The notes under the pieces are model-generated. The model ran no database searches. It was not told where the DNA came from and saw only the letters and a program-made list of their open reading frames with translations. Shown here piece by piece: positions 50,701 through 58,898 of a stretch of DNA of 64,000 nt. The translations under genes were made by a program, and so were the position numbers. The first letter of the stretch is position 1; the number at the start of each line of letters is the position of its first letter. This DNA is from a virus, in IMG/VR virus record IMGVR_UViG_3300024520_000050, positions 64,001-128,000 of that record. One strand, given 5' to 3'.

Positions 50701-51926
50701 GCTGTACCACCCCCTTCGCCACGATTAGTAGTACTCATAACAGAATTTACCAATGCATGATTATTATCTATAGTTGTATAAGAAAATCCATCAGTTTGTA
50801 AGTCTGCAGTAACTCCCACTAAATCAGCTTCTGCATGAATATTTCTATATTTATCTATCATATCACTTTCTTGTGATTTTGTACCATCAACTCCATGACT
50901 AGAAATAGAACTAGTATATGTCCTAACAACAGGTGGTCTTGATTCTGTGTCTGTTCCTGCTCCGTTATTTCCACTTTTAGCAGGTCTTTCTGCTTGATCA
51001 GAATTTTGAGCCATTTTTTGTCTAGTAACATCTGTAGTGTGTAAATCAGTTTTTTCAGATTGACCATATGTAAATATAAGATCTTGAGTTTTCTGACGAG
51101 CATAATCTATTGCTTCTTGTTCACTTTTACCTAATTTATACAATGCATGATCTTTTTGAAGTCTATAATATTGACTTCCTTCACTATCTTTAATAAATCC
51201 ATCTAATGCACCTTTAATAATATGATCTACTTGAGTCCAATTATCTGAATCTTTTTTAGAATGTTTTTGCCAATATGCAACCCAATCAGGGACAGAAGTT
51301 CCATCTGCTAATTTCTTATCAGGTAGTTTTGTAAAGTTAGGATCTTTTGCATACCATGACTTACCACTTATTGTTTTACCTATTTCATCGAATAATCTTT
51401 TAGCTGCTTGGGAATGATCCAAAGTTTTTTCCATTCCCCAATTACCAGTAAATTTACGAGCAGAACCATCATCTAAACGTAATGAACCACTTAAAGGATT
51501 ATAAGTTGGATCGCCAAAATAAGATACTGTACCATTTGCTGATTCTATTTTTTGTTTAATCATAATAGCTTCATCTGCATTTCTTTTAGCTTCAGATAAT
51601 ATTCTAAAATCTGTTTTTCCTGCCCATTCAGTTGCTAATGTTTGAAATTGATCTCTATTTATGCTAGAATAATCTCTATCAGCTGCATCAACCATTGATG
51701 ATACATCTGTACTAAAACCTTTTTCTAATTGTTGTGCTAACTCAAAATCATCATTATGATCACGAGTTTGTTTTAACATGGCTGCTTTACTTTTAGCTAT
51801 CATGTCTCTTAGTTCATTAGCGCGAGTATCCCTCGCGACAATGCCCTCTTTCATACTTGTTATGTCTTCGACATATGGAGTTACTTCACTTACTTTAGCT
51901 GATGTTACACCTTTAATTATTGCCAT
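47721..51926 (-). CDS. Large virion cargo protein with a C-terminal M15-like (LAS family) peptidase
   Basis: 1401 aa, directly upstream of the RNAP gene; C-terminal LTSVLRS...SPHMRGNSVD (H-x6-D)...HID. Confidence 0.65.
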   Translation of the reverse strand: MAIIKGVTSAKVSEVTPYVEDITSMKEGIVARDTRANELRDMIAKSKAAMLKQTRDHNDDFELAQQLEKGFSTDVSSMVDAADRDYSSINRDQFQTLATEWAGKTDFRILSEAKRNADEAIMIKQKIESANGTVSYFGDPTYNPLSGSLRLDDGSARKFTGNWGMEKTLDHSQAAKRLFDEIGKTISGKSWYAKDPNFTKLPDKKLADGTSVPDWVAYWQKHSKKDSDNWTQVDHIIKGALDGFIKDSEGSQYYRLQKDHALYKLGKSEQEAIDYARQKTQDLIFTYGQSEKTDLHTTDVTRQKMAQNSDQAERPAKSGNNGAGTDTESRPPVVRTYTSSISSHGVDGTKSQESDMIDKYRNIHAEADLVGVTADLQTDGFSYTTIDNNHALVNSVMSTTNRGEGGGTADIPEGEGELQSLGAVGEDYKSNSAVIFFKKNDKTKGWENTTTANYENFDAKDGMIKLPGEPDENGNPTFETKSAETLVEQLGDDLFLRSELVTASEGLEDVMKNDLAWSATVAGDGSKGDKSLSTFSVNRYDGEITINPLLYNLEELYTKKLADVNPGGATKILYEAKLLKIQSKIENAKKLQARKAAKFDGITKKVLLNNEHAKILKENFVAIGQQFGFGIETVEEIIEGTEGEESSKFKTNVIESTKKASEVIGLTSLIDNMIAENDANLTKDGNGDLLFTEEESKNHILKLKTIWANHREKIVKGEYKSSDLGPHEVGVDRKHQGLRYGLSAPLKDEIDKDPELTKFLQTYTGNNPLFNSKNHAKLYHSILVESKAFDPPYERGTAGDATPHSYSIKNGYAILNEDVIKNYKTTYKTELSNRFNTQVGDIEGFVDAVESMNDIIENTSVTLYRTSTANTKDAEYAEKTKEEKQIMGSRGMLGDERTTRRAANFRNSKDENFQEQHLKNQIEKQWETLKEDGKTMSYQDYEKTELDKAYKGIRYEADELGGLMVAHYEYIDENNKKWFFEHDAPLDKYSAVKFFGVPMQYYTTGKQLKDGLKKNRRLYADIDNYGNHPQTRVHKANANIGKGESQVKNGQYYVLYKGNSLGEDPNAGSVDYGINEEGISRHAFETVDDFFAYQDKKYPRERQVSESLVNQITQLDNGADVEYVFPKGSIFRDKTKYPTPQSVRNALNSMLEKTLTGGTTVTGGKINASSTIEDLTTTGVVSKNNETGFYQIDATTFDNMNIEDQANLGLKFNEELVNETWYTDTDGHKYLTDPKNLVDITNLNNIRSQSKMKATPAIQTFIKNTDDLLSSIINGNIPQNMKPTDFKMFQGLSSNDKMILTSVLRSLQDNTRAYRNRLDELTRSPHMRGNSVDIKTSGEAGRVGKALWGFFNTYSGNMFLKENGMNALYHDAGTGLHIDVSVATESRPAGETIDHSQKDKS

Positions 51927-51972
51927 TATTGTATATTATATAAAAAATAAAGTATTATTTTTGCTTAGTTAC

Positions 51973-51994
51973 TATTTGTAACTTTACAAATATA
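51973..51994 (-). promoter_or_regulatory. Candidate Bacteroidota sigma-70 -7 box (TATATTTG) overlapped by a 9-bp inverted repeat
   Basis: TATATTTG on the - strand at 51994-51987 matches TAnnTTTG; IR TATTTGTAA-CT-TTACAAATA at 51973-51992; lies in the 128-nt gap before the cargo/RNAP genes. Confidence 0.45.
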
Positions 51995-52054
51995 ATACTT
52001 TACCTTATAATTATCGAAACAATAGCTTAAAAACGTACGAATCCTTTACTTAGC

Positions 52055-52630
52055 CTAAGTTGACTTAATAATAGGTGTGTTTCGCCTTGTATATTCGCTA
52101 AGAAAGTTTTGTGCAATCTCCACCATTGATGAAGTATGCCTATCTCCTTTAAATTTATTTACTTGATCACATACAACTTGTACGTTGTCCATTGTGTATC
52201 CACCACTTGGAGCTATTTGATCCAATGATGGACTATGTGGATGTACTCGTTTATATTCTGATCTCCGTGAATAAGGTTTAATAAAGAAAGATGTTGTTGT
52301 GATTTCACACATTCCATTCTTTAATTTATTAATTACCCATTCTTCTGTTAAGTCAAAATCATTTCCTCGTGCTTTAGCTCGTGCTTTAGCTCCTGCAATT
52401 AATGTTCTAGCTCTATACTTAATTGGATTTGCTAGAGCCCATATTTCCATCTTCTTACGTCGTTTTTCTCTCTTTTGATCTTGTACTATTAAATCATCTA
52501 CATAACGCTTAATACTAGCTTTAGATCGTCTCCTAAGACCTGCAAAGTTAATAATTTGCTGTATCTCTACGATTGTTGCTGATATGTATGCACTCTTTAT
52601 GATTTCTTTTGTCTTTTTACAATATCTCAT
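52055..52630 (-). CDS. HNH-like (His-Me finger) endonuclease
   Basis: AKARAKARG..FDLT...CEIT...PSLDQI..SGGYTMDNVQVVCDQVNKFKG. Confidence 0.75.
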   Translation of the reverse strand: MRYCKKTKEIIKSAYISATIVEIQQIINFAGLRRRSKASIKRYVDDLIVQDQKREKRRKKMEIWALANPIKYRARTLIAGAKARAKARGNDFDLTEEWVINKLKNGMCEITTTSFFIKPYSRRSEYKRVHPHSPSLDQIAPSGGYTMDNVQVVCDQVNKFKGDRHTSSMVEIAQNFLSEYTRRNTPIIKST

Positions 52631-52650
52631 ATTATATTTATGAGTTAGAC

Positions 52651-52665
52651 AATATTCGTTATTTT
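52651..52665 (-). promoter_or_regulatory. Intergenic motif AAAATAACGAAKATT, copy 1
   Basis: AAAATAACGAATATT, 20 nt upstream of the HNH start codon. Confidence 0.5.
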
Positions 52666-53140
52666 ATTTTCCTGTACTTCCGAATCCACCTTCACGATCT
52701 GAATTATATTTTAATTCTTCTACTTCTATCCAATCAGTTTGTTCAACTTTAGTTGCAAACACTTGACCTACTCTATCTCCTATTTCATAAGGGAAATCAT
52801 GATATGTCAATTTGTATTCGTCATTTCTTTTTTCATGGAAAGCTTTAATAATTCCACTAGGAATACATGTAAATCTCATTTGATATTCACCAGGATAATC
52901 TGCATCACCTTGGCCTGGACTATTGTTCATAACCCAATTAGTTTTAGTTAAACTACTTCTTGGTACTAATTCTAGTTTATAATCATCAGGTAACTTAGCT
53001 GCAAAACCTAATTTGCAATATACTTTACTTGGTGATTTATATTCTATTTCAGTCACAACCACATCAAAACCACAAGCTAACTTAGTTGCTTTTGTTGGTA
53101 TTTTAAATAGAGGGTGTAATCTTTTAAATTCAATTTTCAT
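52664..53140 (-). CDS. dut: Trimeric dUTPase
   Basis: PTKAT..ACGFDV, LVPRSS, GQGDADYPGE, GDRVGQ, REGGFGSTG motifs. Confidence 0.93.
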   Translation of the reverse strand: MKIEFKRLHPLFKIPTKATKLACGFDVVVTEIEYKSPSKVYCKLGFAAKLPDDYKLELVPRSSLTKTNWVMNNSPGQGDADYPGEYQMRFTCIPSGIIKAFHEKRNDEYKLTYHDFPYEIGDRVGQVFATKVEQTDWIEVEELKYNSDREGGFGSTGK

Positions 53141-53763
53141 TATTTTGTATTATTATAAAATTCAACTAAAAATTCATCCATATAAGTACTTGGTATTTTC
53201 AATCTATATTTTAGATCGTTACAAGCAACTCTAAAATTATATTTAGTATTACTAACATGCCAATTACCAGGACCTATGTTATTATTAGATAATAGTAGTC
53301 TTGTACCATTATTTTTATTGATTAACAACCATGGAATCCATTTATCTTCTAACATTGCATCGCCAATTAATGTAATAGCTAACTTAACTTTTACTTTATC
53401 CATAGTCTTCAATAAGTCTATAATTTGACGTGAGTATTCACTCATATCTCTACTATTTACATTCTTAAGTAATAAAGCAAATTCATTTGGATTATATATA
53501 TTAGATTGACCTATTTTACGATATTGATTATCTTCTACTGATGTATAAGATTTAGGATAATTAAATATCCCACCCCTCCATGTCTTTGTAATGATTCTAG
53601 TTACATCAGGACTATATTTAATAGTCCATTTCATTTTCAAATCATCTAACATCTTTTTAACAGTAGTCTTATTATATGCTCCTGTAAAAGCACCATGTAA
53701 CCAAATTAATTGATCATCTTCAAACCAATCTTCAGTTAACTTTTGTTTCTGTTTATTTATCAT
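53140..53763 (-). CDS. Hypothetical protein (N-terminus weakly BRCT-like)
   Basis: 207-aa ORF coupled to both neighbours; the fold guess is weak. Confidence 0.5.
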   Translation of the reverse strand: MINKQKQKLTEDWFEDDQLIWLHGAFTGAYNKTTVKKMLDDLKMKWTIKYSPDVTRIITKTWRGGIFNYPKSYTSVEDNQYRKIGQSNIYNPNEFALLLKNVNSRDMSEYSRQIIDLLKTMDKVKVKLAITLIGDAMLEDKWIPWLLINKNNGTRLLLSNNNIGPGNWHVSNTKYNFRVACNDLKYRLKIPSTYMDEFLVEFYNNTK

Positions 53764-54149
53764 AGTACATTTTGCTCAACTAATAATTCTCGTATTTTTA
53801 TCCAATCAACATAAGGTCTATGATCATCATCTCCTTGTAATAATGGACATCCTAATGCCGCATCATCAATATAAAGACTACCATAACATTTTGGACTCTC
53901 TGTCCACTTCCATTGCATTGGGTTTCGTTGTACTCCACTTAATTTAATATCATTATCTTTAAACCATTGTACTGCATCTTGTAAATACATAATACCATCC
54001 TTATTAGATCGCATTGTAAACAAAAGTAAATGATGTCCTGCTTCTACTAATTCTTGGAGTACTTCAACAGAATTAGGAATAGTTATACTTACTGATAATG
54101 GCTTGGTATGCTTTACACACGTTCCATCCATATCTACACATATATACAT
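53760..54149 (-). CDS. HAD-superfamily phosphatase
   Basis: ICVDMDGT, LFTMR, SPKC and YIDD motifs. Confidence 0.85.
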   Translation of the reverse strand: MYICVDMDGTCVKHTKPLSVSITIPNSVEVLQELVEAGHHLLLFTMRSNKDGIMYLQDAVQWFKDNDIKLSGVQRNPMQWKWTESPKCYGSLYIDDAALGCPLLQGDDDHRPYVDWIKIRELLVEQNVL

Positions 54150-54153
54150 ATAT

Positions 54154-54339
54154 TTATTTTAATTTAACTACATATTCGGTTGGTCTAGCTAATATTGTAC
54201 GATTAGCCGTATGTTCTATTCTAAATCCACGAGGTGTGAATGCCTTGACTATTCCTTTTTGTAAACTTCTAATTCTTGGGGCAATAAAAGTAACAGTATC
54301 ACCTATTACTACTTCTTGTCCTATTGCATCTTTATTCAT
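54154..54339 (-). CDS. Small phage hypothetical protein
   Basis: 61 aa; DAIGQEVVIGDTV, an SH3-like small phage protein pattern. Confidence 0.55.
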   Translation of the reverse strand: MNKDAIGQEVVIGDTVTFIAPRIRSLQKGIVKAFTPRGFRIEHTANRTILARPTEYVVKLK

Positions 54340-54469
54340 TTTCTTTTGTTATTTTTACTATTCCAATACTATCAAAAAATATGTGTGTTGCTTCATCTTT
54401 ATTATCCGCTTCTATTTCAATCCAATATCTATCCTCTCCTACGTAATAATGTACTATAAATGTTTTCAT
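54332..54469 (-). CDS. Small ORF missing from the track (45 aa, MKTFIVHYYVGEDRYWIEIEADNKDEATHIFFDSIGIVKITKENE)
   Basis: Fills the gap exactly, with TAATG coupling upstream and an ATGAATAA overlap downstream. Confidence 0.6.
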   Translation of the reverse strand: MKTFIVHYYVGEDRYWIEIEADNKDEATHIFFDSIGIVKITKENE

Positions 54470-55038
54470 TATCCATAATGTTTATTCCTATCATCAATAC
54501 TACATCCAATAATGTCATTATCTAATAACATCAGTAAACACGATATAGCATGTGCTAGGTGATTTAAATTTGATTCTACATCAATGTCTTCATTCAATAA
54601 ATATCGATTGATATGACGTTGTGCAGCATCGGTATACGTTGTTTTATTTGCTCCTTTTGAGAAGTTATATGCATTGTATTTCTTAGCTCCGTAACTAAAT
54701 ACGTTTGCTACTTCTACAATTGCATTCTGTGGAATTAGAGAAAGACGAGGTTTTTCAACCCCATCTTTACTATATTCTTTCATTGCTTTTTCTTCAGGAG
54801 GATTCTCATCTAGGAATTTACTTAAAGAGTCAGTTGTAATAGTAGTTGTAAAATCATGCGTATTCGCACCAACCTTAAGTATTTGCTCTACGGTTACTTT
54901 TACTTCATCTCCCAAACGATCGAAAGTTAAAGTTCCATACACTTCATCAGTATTTATTACTTCTCCATTCCCGTAAACGGTTTGTACCCATTCTCCTTTT
55001 TTAATAGTGAATTCCTCACCATCTAATCTTATTTTCAT
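54469..55038 (-). CDS. dATP/dGTP diphosphohydrolase domain protein (DUF5664-like)
   Basis: KDGVEKPRLSLIP...VFSYGAKKY..YNF.KG...DAAQRH...DVESNLNHLAHAISCLLML. Confidence 0.8.
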   Translation of the reverse strand: MKIRLDGEEFTIKKGEWVQTVYGNGEVINTDEVYGTLTFDRLGDEVKVTVEQILKVGANTHDFTTTITTDSLSKFLDENPPEEKAMKEYSKDGVEKPRLSLIPQNAIVEVANVFSYGAKKYNAYNFSKGANKTTYTDAAQRHINRYLLNEDIDVESNLNHLAHAISCLLMLLDNDIIGCSIDDRNKHYG

Positions 55039-55715
55039 GCTGATATTAATTCATCAGTAAATCTTAATGTTTCTTGTTCGACGTAATACTTACTATCAAA
55101 TTCTTGTCTTGCCATGACATCAATAGTACTACTGTCTGTTATATTAAATTTATCTATAAGTCTATTCAACATCTCATCACTTCTGAGAAGAATATGAATA
55201 GAATCATCAAACTCATCTAATTTTGTTTCAGGATTCCACGCAGTATAAATAGCTTGAACTGTAGAGTTATTAACAATTGACTTACGTTCTTGCTCTTGAT
55301 ACATTTCACTATAATTAGATTCAATCATTTTTATAACCCGTTGTTTAATGGTTACTTTAAATCTAATTACTGCTATATTTGAATTAATATCTTGGTATTG
55401 ATAACAATCGATAAATCGTTTATGATCTCTCAATACGTCTAATTGATATTTAAATCGTGGATTTCTTGTATCACAAGTGATAAAGAATATAAAATTAGGT
55501 TCTTCTTGTTCAACTTCTGCATTGATACTATAATCTTTAATGTTTTCATCATCAACATAAACATTCAACGGTTTAAAAGTTTCAGCCAAATTAGGCTCTA
55601 ACTTCTGAACTGCTTCCTGAATAGCTAATGGAAAATATAAAGACTGTTCAATAAAGAAAATGTACTTTGCAAACTTAGTTAAGTCTACATTTTTAATATC
55701 TGTATTTATTGTCAT
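55035..55715 (-). CDS. Hypothetical protein
   Basis: 226-aa ORF coupled to its neighbours. Confidence 0.6.
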   Translation of the reverse strand: MTINTDIKNVDLTKFAKYIFFIEQSLYFPLAIQEAVQKLEPNLAETFKPLNVYVDDENIKDYSINAEVEQEEPNFIFFITCDTRNPRFKYQLDVLRDHKRFIDCYQYQDINSNIAVIRFKVTIKQRVIKMIESNYSEMYQEQERKSIVNNSTVQAIYTAWNPETKLDEFDDSIHILLRSDEMLNRLIDKFNITDSSTIDVMARQEFDSKYYVEQETLRFTDELISA

Positions 55716-55721
55716 TAATTC

Positions 55722-56492
55722 TTAGAAATTTAATTCTGAAAACTTTATTGGTTTCGGTGTTACCAAGCTCTCATTATGTGTCAGAATCCAACTCAATCTG
55801 AATCCTTCTTCGAGCTTTTTAATACCTTCTTCAATACCATAACGATCAACAAATAATTGAGTACAGACTTGTTTCATTTCCTCTTCTGTTGTCAAGTTTT
55901 TAAGTACATCATAAGTACTCACATCTCCCATTCCTTCCACTCCTTTGTAGTTCTCTTTCGGACTACCTTTTAACAATTGTGCATACGTTTGGAAATATCC
56001 AGTTGCATGTATTTTATTCTTACTAGTTAATGATATTTTTCCAGGATATCTAATAACTGTTGTTTTATTCGTCTTTATGTTATAATATATTCCTGGTGTA
56101 GCAAGATAGTCTCTATCATTTGCACACATTATAACATTATTTAATCTTGTAGCTAATATAGAAATAACGTCATCATTTTCCACACCCAAATAAGTTGTTG
56201 CTTTAAATGTAGAATTTATCTCACGAAAGCAATCGCTTAGGTAAGGTAAATAACTAGCTATTAATGCTTTCTTTTCAGGTGTACGACGTTGCCCTTTATA
56301 CTCATGACTTACCGCTATATCATTTCTAAAGTTACTATTACTATCCTCTGAGATGAAATTAAATTCATCTGTTTGAAACTGCTTGCATAGACTACCAAGA
56401 TGTTCATAAATAGTCTCTCGGCAATTCTTCTTGTTTCCATGTATAAAAGCCATTGAACTACTATCTATAGCTAATCTTGTTGTCTCTAACAT
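55722..56492 (-). CDS. 5'-3' exonuclease (FEN/T7 gp6-like)
   Basis: LAIDS, FR...YKGQR, ENDD, NDRDY and an H3TH-like G.....G..G.G segment. Confidence 0.8.
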   Translation of the reverse strand: MLETTRLAIDSSSMAFIHGNKKNCRETIYEHLGSLCKQFQTDEFNFISEDSNSNFRNDIAVSHEYKGQRRTPEKKALIASYLPYLSDCFREINSTFKATTYLGVENDDVISILATRLNNVIMCANDRDYLATPGIYYNIKTNKTTVIRYPGKISLTSKNKIHATGYFQTYAQLLKGSPKENYKGVEGMGDVSTYDVLKNLTTEEEMKQVCTQLFVDRYGIEEGIKKLEEGFRLSWILTHNESLVTPKPIKFSELNF

Positions 56493-57121
56493 AAAAATTG
56501 TTTTACTGTTGTTACTTTATATTTTAATTTAGAATCACCTTTGGTCCACTTAACCTTTCCGGTTTTGCGGTCCAATGTTGTCTTCTTGTACACACTTTCC
56601 ACGATCATAGACCTTGGTGTGAATGTCTTCAAAAACAGTGTCTCTTTCTTCGGTTTAGTTGCATAAGGTATAACCTTTTGCACATAAATATTGAATCGTT
56701 GACACATTAATGACTGACGATCAGGGAATGTAGCTGAACTAGTAAGTCCGCGCCCAAACGCTCCCTTGACATCAATGTATATAACACCTCTATTGTTATT
56801 ACAATAAAAGAAAGGGCGACCTTCATAGCCGCCCTTCTTATCATGATAGAGTTTCTTATATGCTTTCTTGTTAAACTTAAATATAAAGTCTGGTGTATAA
56901 TTTCGTTTCTTGGTAAGTATAAATCTTTCTTTCTTTTGTTTGGTTTTCAATTGTGCTACACGCGCGGAGCGCACTTCATTAGTAATCAAATATGTTTTCT
57001 TTTCAGACCATATCCAATCTATATAACCTTGGTCATATAATTCAACCAACCAATCATAGAAGTATCTTTCTTCATCAGAATCGAAATTAAAGTTTATTTT
57101 ACTCTGTAATTTATTATTCAT
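56486..57121 (-). CDS. PD-(D/E)XK endonuclease (DUF1064/resolvase-like)
   Basis: FDSDEERYFY, YTPDF, YIDVKG. Confidence 0.7.
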   Translation of the reverse strand: MNNKLQSKINFNFDSDEERYFYDWLVELYDQGYIDWIWSEKKTYLITNEVRSARVAQLKTKQKKERFILTKKRNYTPDFIFKFNKKAYKKLYHDKKGGYEGRPFFYCNNNRGVIYIDVKGAFGRGLTSSATFPDRQSLMCQRFNIYVQKVIPYATKPKKETLFLKTFTPRSMIVESVYKKTTLDRKTGKVKWTKGDSKLKYKVTTVKQFLC

Positions 57122-58235
57122 AATCTCTTACCGCGATACCAACAGCTTCAAGTGGTACTTTCTTATTTGAAAGTTTACGATACTCAACCGTAATCATTTG
57201 TCCTTTGACTTTGTCATCGAACTCGGCTGCCCATTTTTCACGTTGAGCACTTGTACCTTTCAATTTTACATGGAATTTTTCGCCGTCTTTAGTCTCACAA
57301 ATTAATGTAGACTGTAGAGCCATCTTACCTTTATTCCAGTAATGATCAATACACTTGAATTCATCAGTTACACGTGGTTTTATTTTCTTTTTACCAGATG
57401 TTCTGAAGCCAAAATCATACATAGAATTAGGGTCACAAAAGATAGTCCCTTCAAAACCTAACTCAAGTGATTCTTTATGGAATGCTATCAACTCTGCATG
57501 AGTATTAATAGGTGTTCCAACATCAACTTTAATGTTAGGTAAATTACTTACATCTAATGCAAGTAATAAACTACGACGTTGAGTGAATGTTAATCCGGGG
57601 ATTGCTATATCATAAATATGATACTCCAATTTTTCATTTGGATCATTACTCTTAACCATACTACCAATGTCTTGTAATGCTACTCCATGCAAATACAATT
57701 CACCATCGAATGTTTCATCCAATTGTTTATCATGCATTTCTGTAACAGAATCAAGAATATGTTGTAGATTAAATATTTTACCTTCACGAGATTTGTTTCT
57801 CACGAGGCCATTATAACGTTCAGCAAAGTTTCTACAACCATCATACTTTCTCTGTGCAAATCCAGGTTTAAATGGACCACTAGCTTCTTTATAAGGATTC
57901 AATAACATCGGCATGTCACTCAAATCCTTAAATGTATTGTACGTAGTAGATTTAACATAAGCTAAATTCAACTTATATCCTTTAGCAAACAATTTGGTAT
58001 GACGACTAACAAGCTCTTTCTCAGCTTGTTGCTTTGCTGTTGTAGCATTCTTCCTACCTAAATTCTTTCCTTCTCTAACTACGACTTTACTAGTCTTAGA
58101 ATTAACTTCATTGCCCACTGTTCCTGTTTCAGTGAACATAGTGTATTCATTTATACCCTTTGTCTTACGAGTATACATTTGCACATAGACTTCCTTTCCA
58201 GGTTTAGCCTTTCTATATAATTTTTTTAACTTCAT
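57114..58235 (-). CDS. ATP-dependent DNA ligase
   Basis: KYDGCR (motif I), FDGELY, YHIYDI, EGTIF, Y.FG.R...KIK, ITVEY. Confidence 0.9.
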   Translation of the reverse strand: MKLKKLYRKAKPGKEVYVQMYTRKTKGINEYTMFTETGTVGNEVNSKTSKVVVREGKNLGRKNATTAKQQAEKELVSRHTKLFAKGYKLNLAYVKSTTYNTFKDLSDMPMLLNPYKEASGPFKPGFAQRKYDGCRNFAERYNGLVRNKSREGKIFNLQHILDSVTEMHDKQLDETFDGELYLHGVALQDIGSMVKSNDPNEKLEYHIYDIAIPGLTFTQRRSLLLALDVSNLPNIKVDVGTPINTHAELIAFHKESLELGFEGTIFCDPNSMYDFGFRTSGKKKIKPRVTDEFKCIDHYWNKGKMALQSTLICETKDGEKFHVKLKGTSAQREKWAAEFDDKVKGQMITVEYRKLSNKKVPLEAVGIAVRDYE

Positions 58236-58255
58236 ATTATATTGTTTTTAATAAT

Positions 58256-58286
58256 AAAAAAGCCGATACAAATTAATGTATCGGCT
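58256..58286 (-). terminator. Intrinsic terminator
   Basis: Perfect 10-bp stem AGCCGATACA/TGTATCGGCT, AATTAA loop (+ strand), T run on the - strand. Confidence 0.8.
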
Positions 58287-58305
58287 ATGTTTCAATTGAG
58301 TTATA

Positions 58306-58590
58306 TTATTCACCCGGTGGATGATTTTCACTCTCTTTAATCTTTACGATTTTCCCAGTACTTACGTCCTTAATAGGATAAACTCTTTCGAATTCTGTAT
58401 CTCCTTCAATTACATATTTATACTCGGATTTTTGTAGAACAATACCTTGAAAGTATTCTCCACTTTGATCTTCTATAACTATTAACCAACGTGAATCACC
58501 TAAATCTTCTTGATATGCTAATTTAAGCACATCTGATTCTCCAGTAATTATTTTATTAATATAGTTATCATTAAGTTCTATCTTATTCAT
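58306..58590 (-). CDS. Small hypothetical protein
   Basis: 94-aa ORF coupled by TAATG. Confidence 0.6.
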   Translation of the reverse strand: MNKIELNDNYINKIITGESDVLKLAYQEDLGDSRWLIVIEDQSGEYFQGIVLQKSEYKYVIEGDTEFERVYPIKDVSTGKIVKIKESENHPPGE

Positions 58591-58898
58591 TACGTTACGA
58601 TTGCTAAAATAGATTCCGCAAGGCTAATAAGTTCAACACGCATTTCTTCTTTCTTTTCATCAGTTAAATTAATCTCTGATTTTAGAATATCGGTAAGAAT
58701 GTCTAATTTTTCTTTCTTCAATCCTATGGCTGCAGCACGAACACGAATTAAACTAAATTCATGATTCATTCTTTCAGCTAATTCTTGCATTGTTGGAAGC
58801 TGTTCTTTTGTTTCCCCTTGTACAGGTCCTTCTACTTCAGGTTGAGGTTGTGCTGTAGTTAACGGCATCTCTTTGATTTTGTCGTCTGACATTTTCAA
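58590..58898 (-). CDS. Small hypothetical protein
   Basis: 102-aa ORF overlapping the 3' end of the primase gene. Confidence 0.55.
   Translation of the reverse strand: MKMSDDKIKEMPLTTAQPQPEVEGPVQGETKEQLPTMQELAERMNHEFSLIRVRAAAIGLKKEKLDILTDILKSEINLTDEKKEEMRVELISLAESILAIVT

Noticed and set aside
54469-55038. Z-genome or 7-deazaguanine DNA modification system
   Set aside because: Only a hydrolase domain is present; the defining synthesis and insertion enzymes are not in this window.
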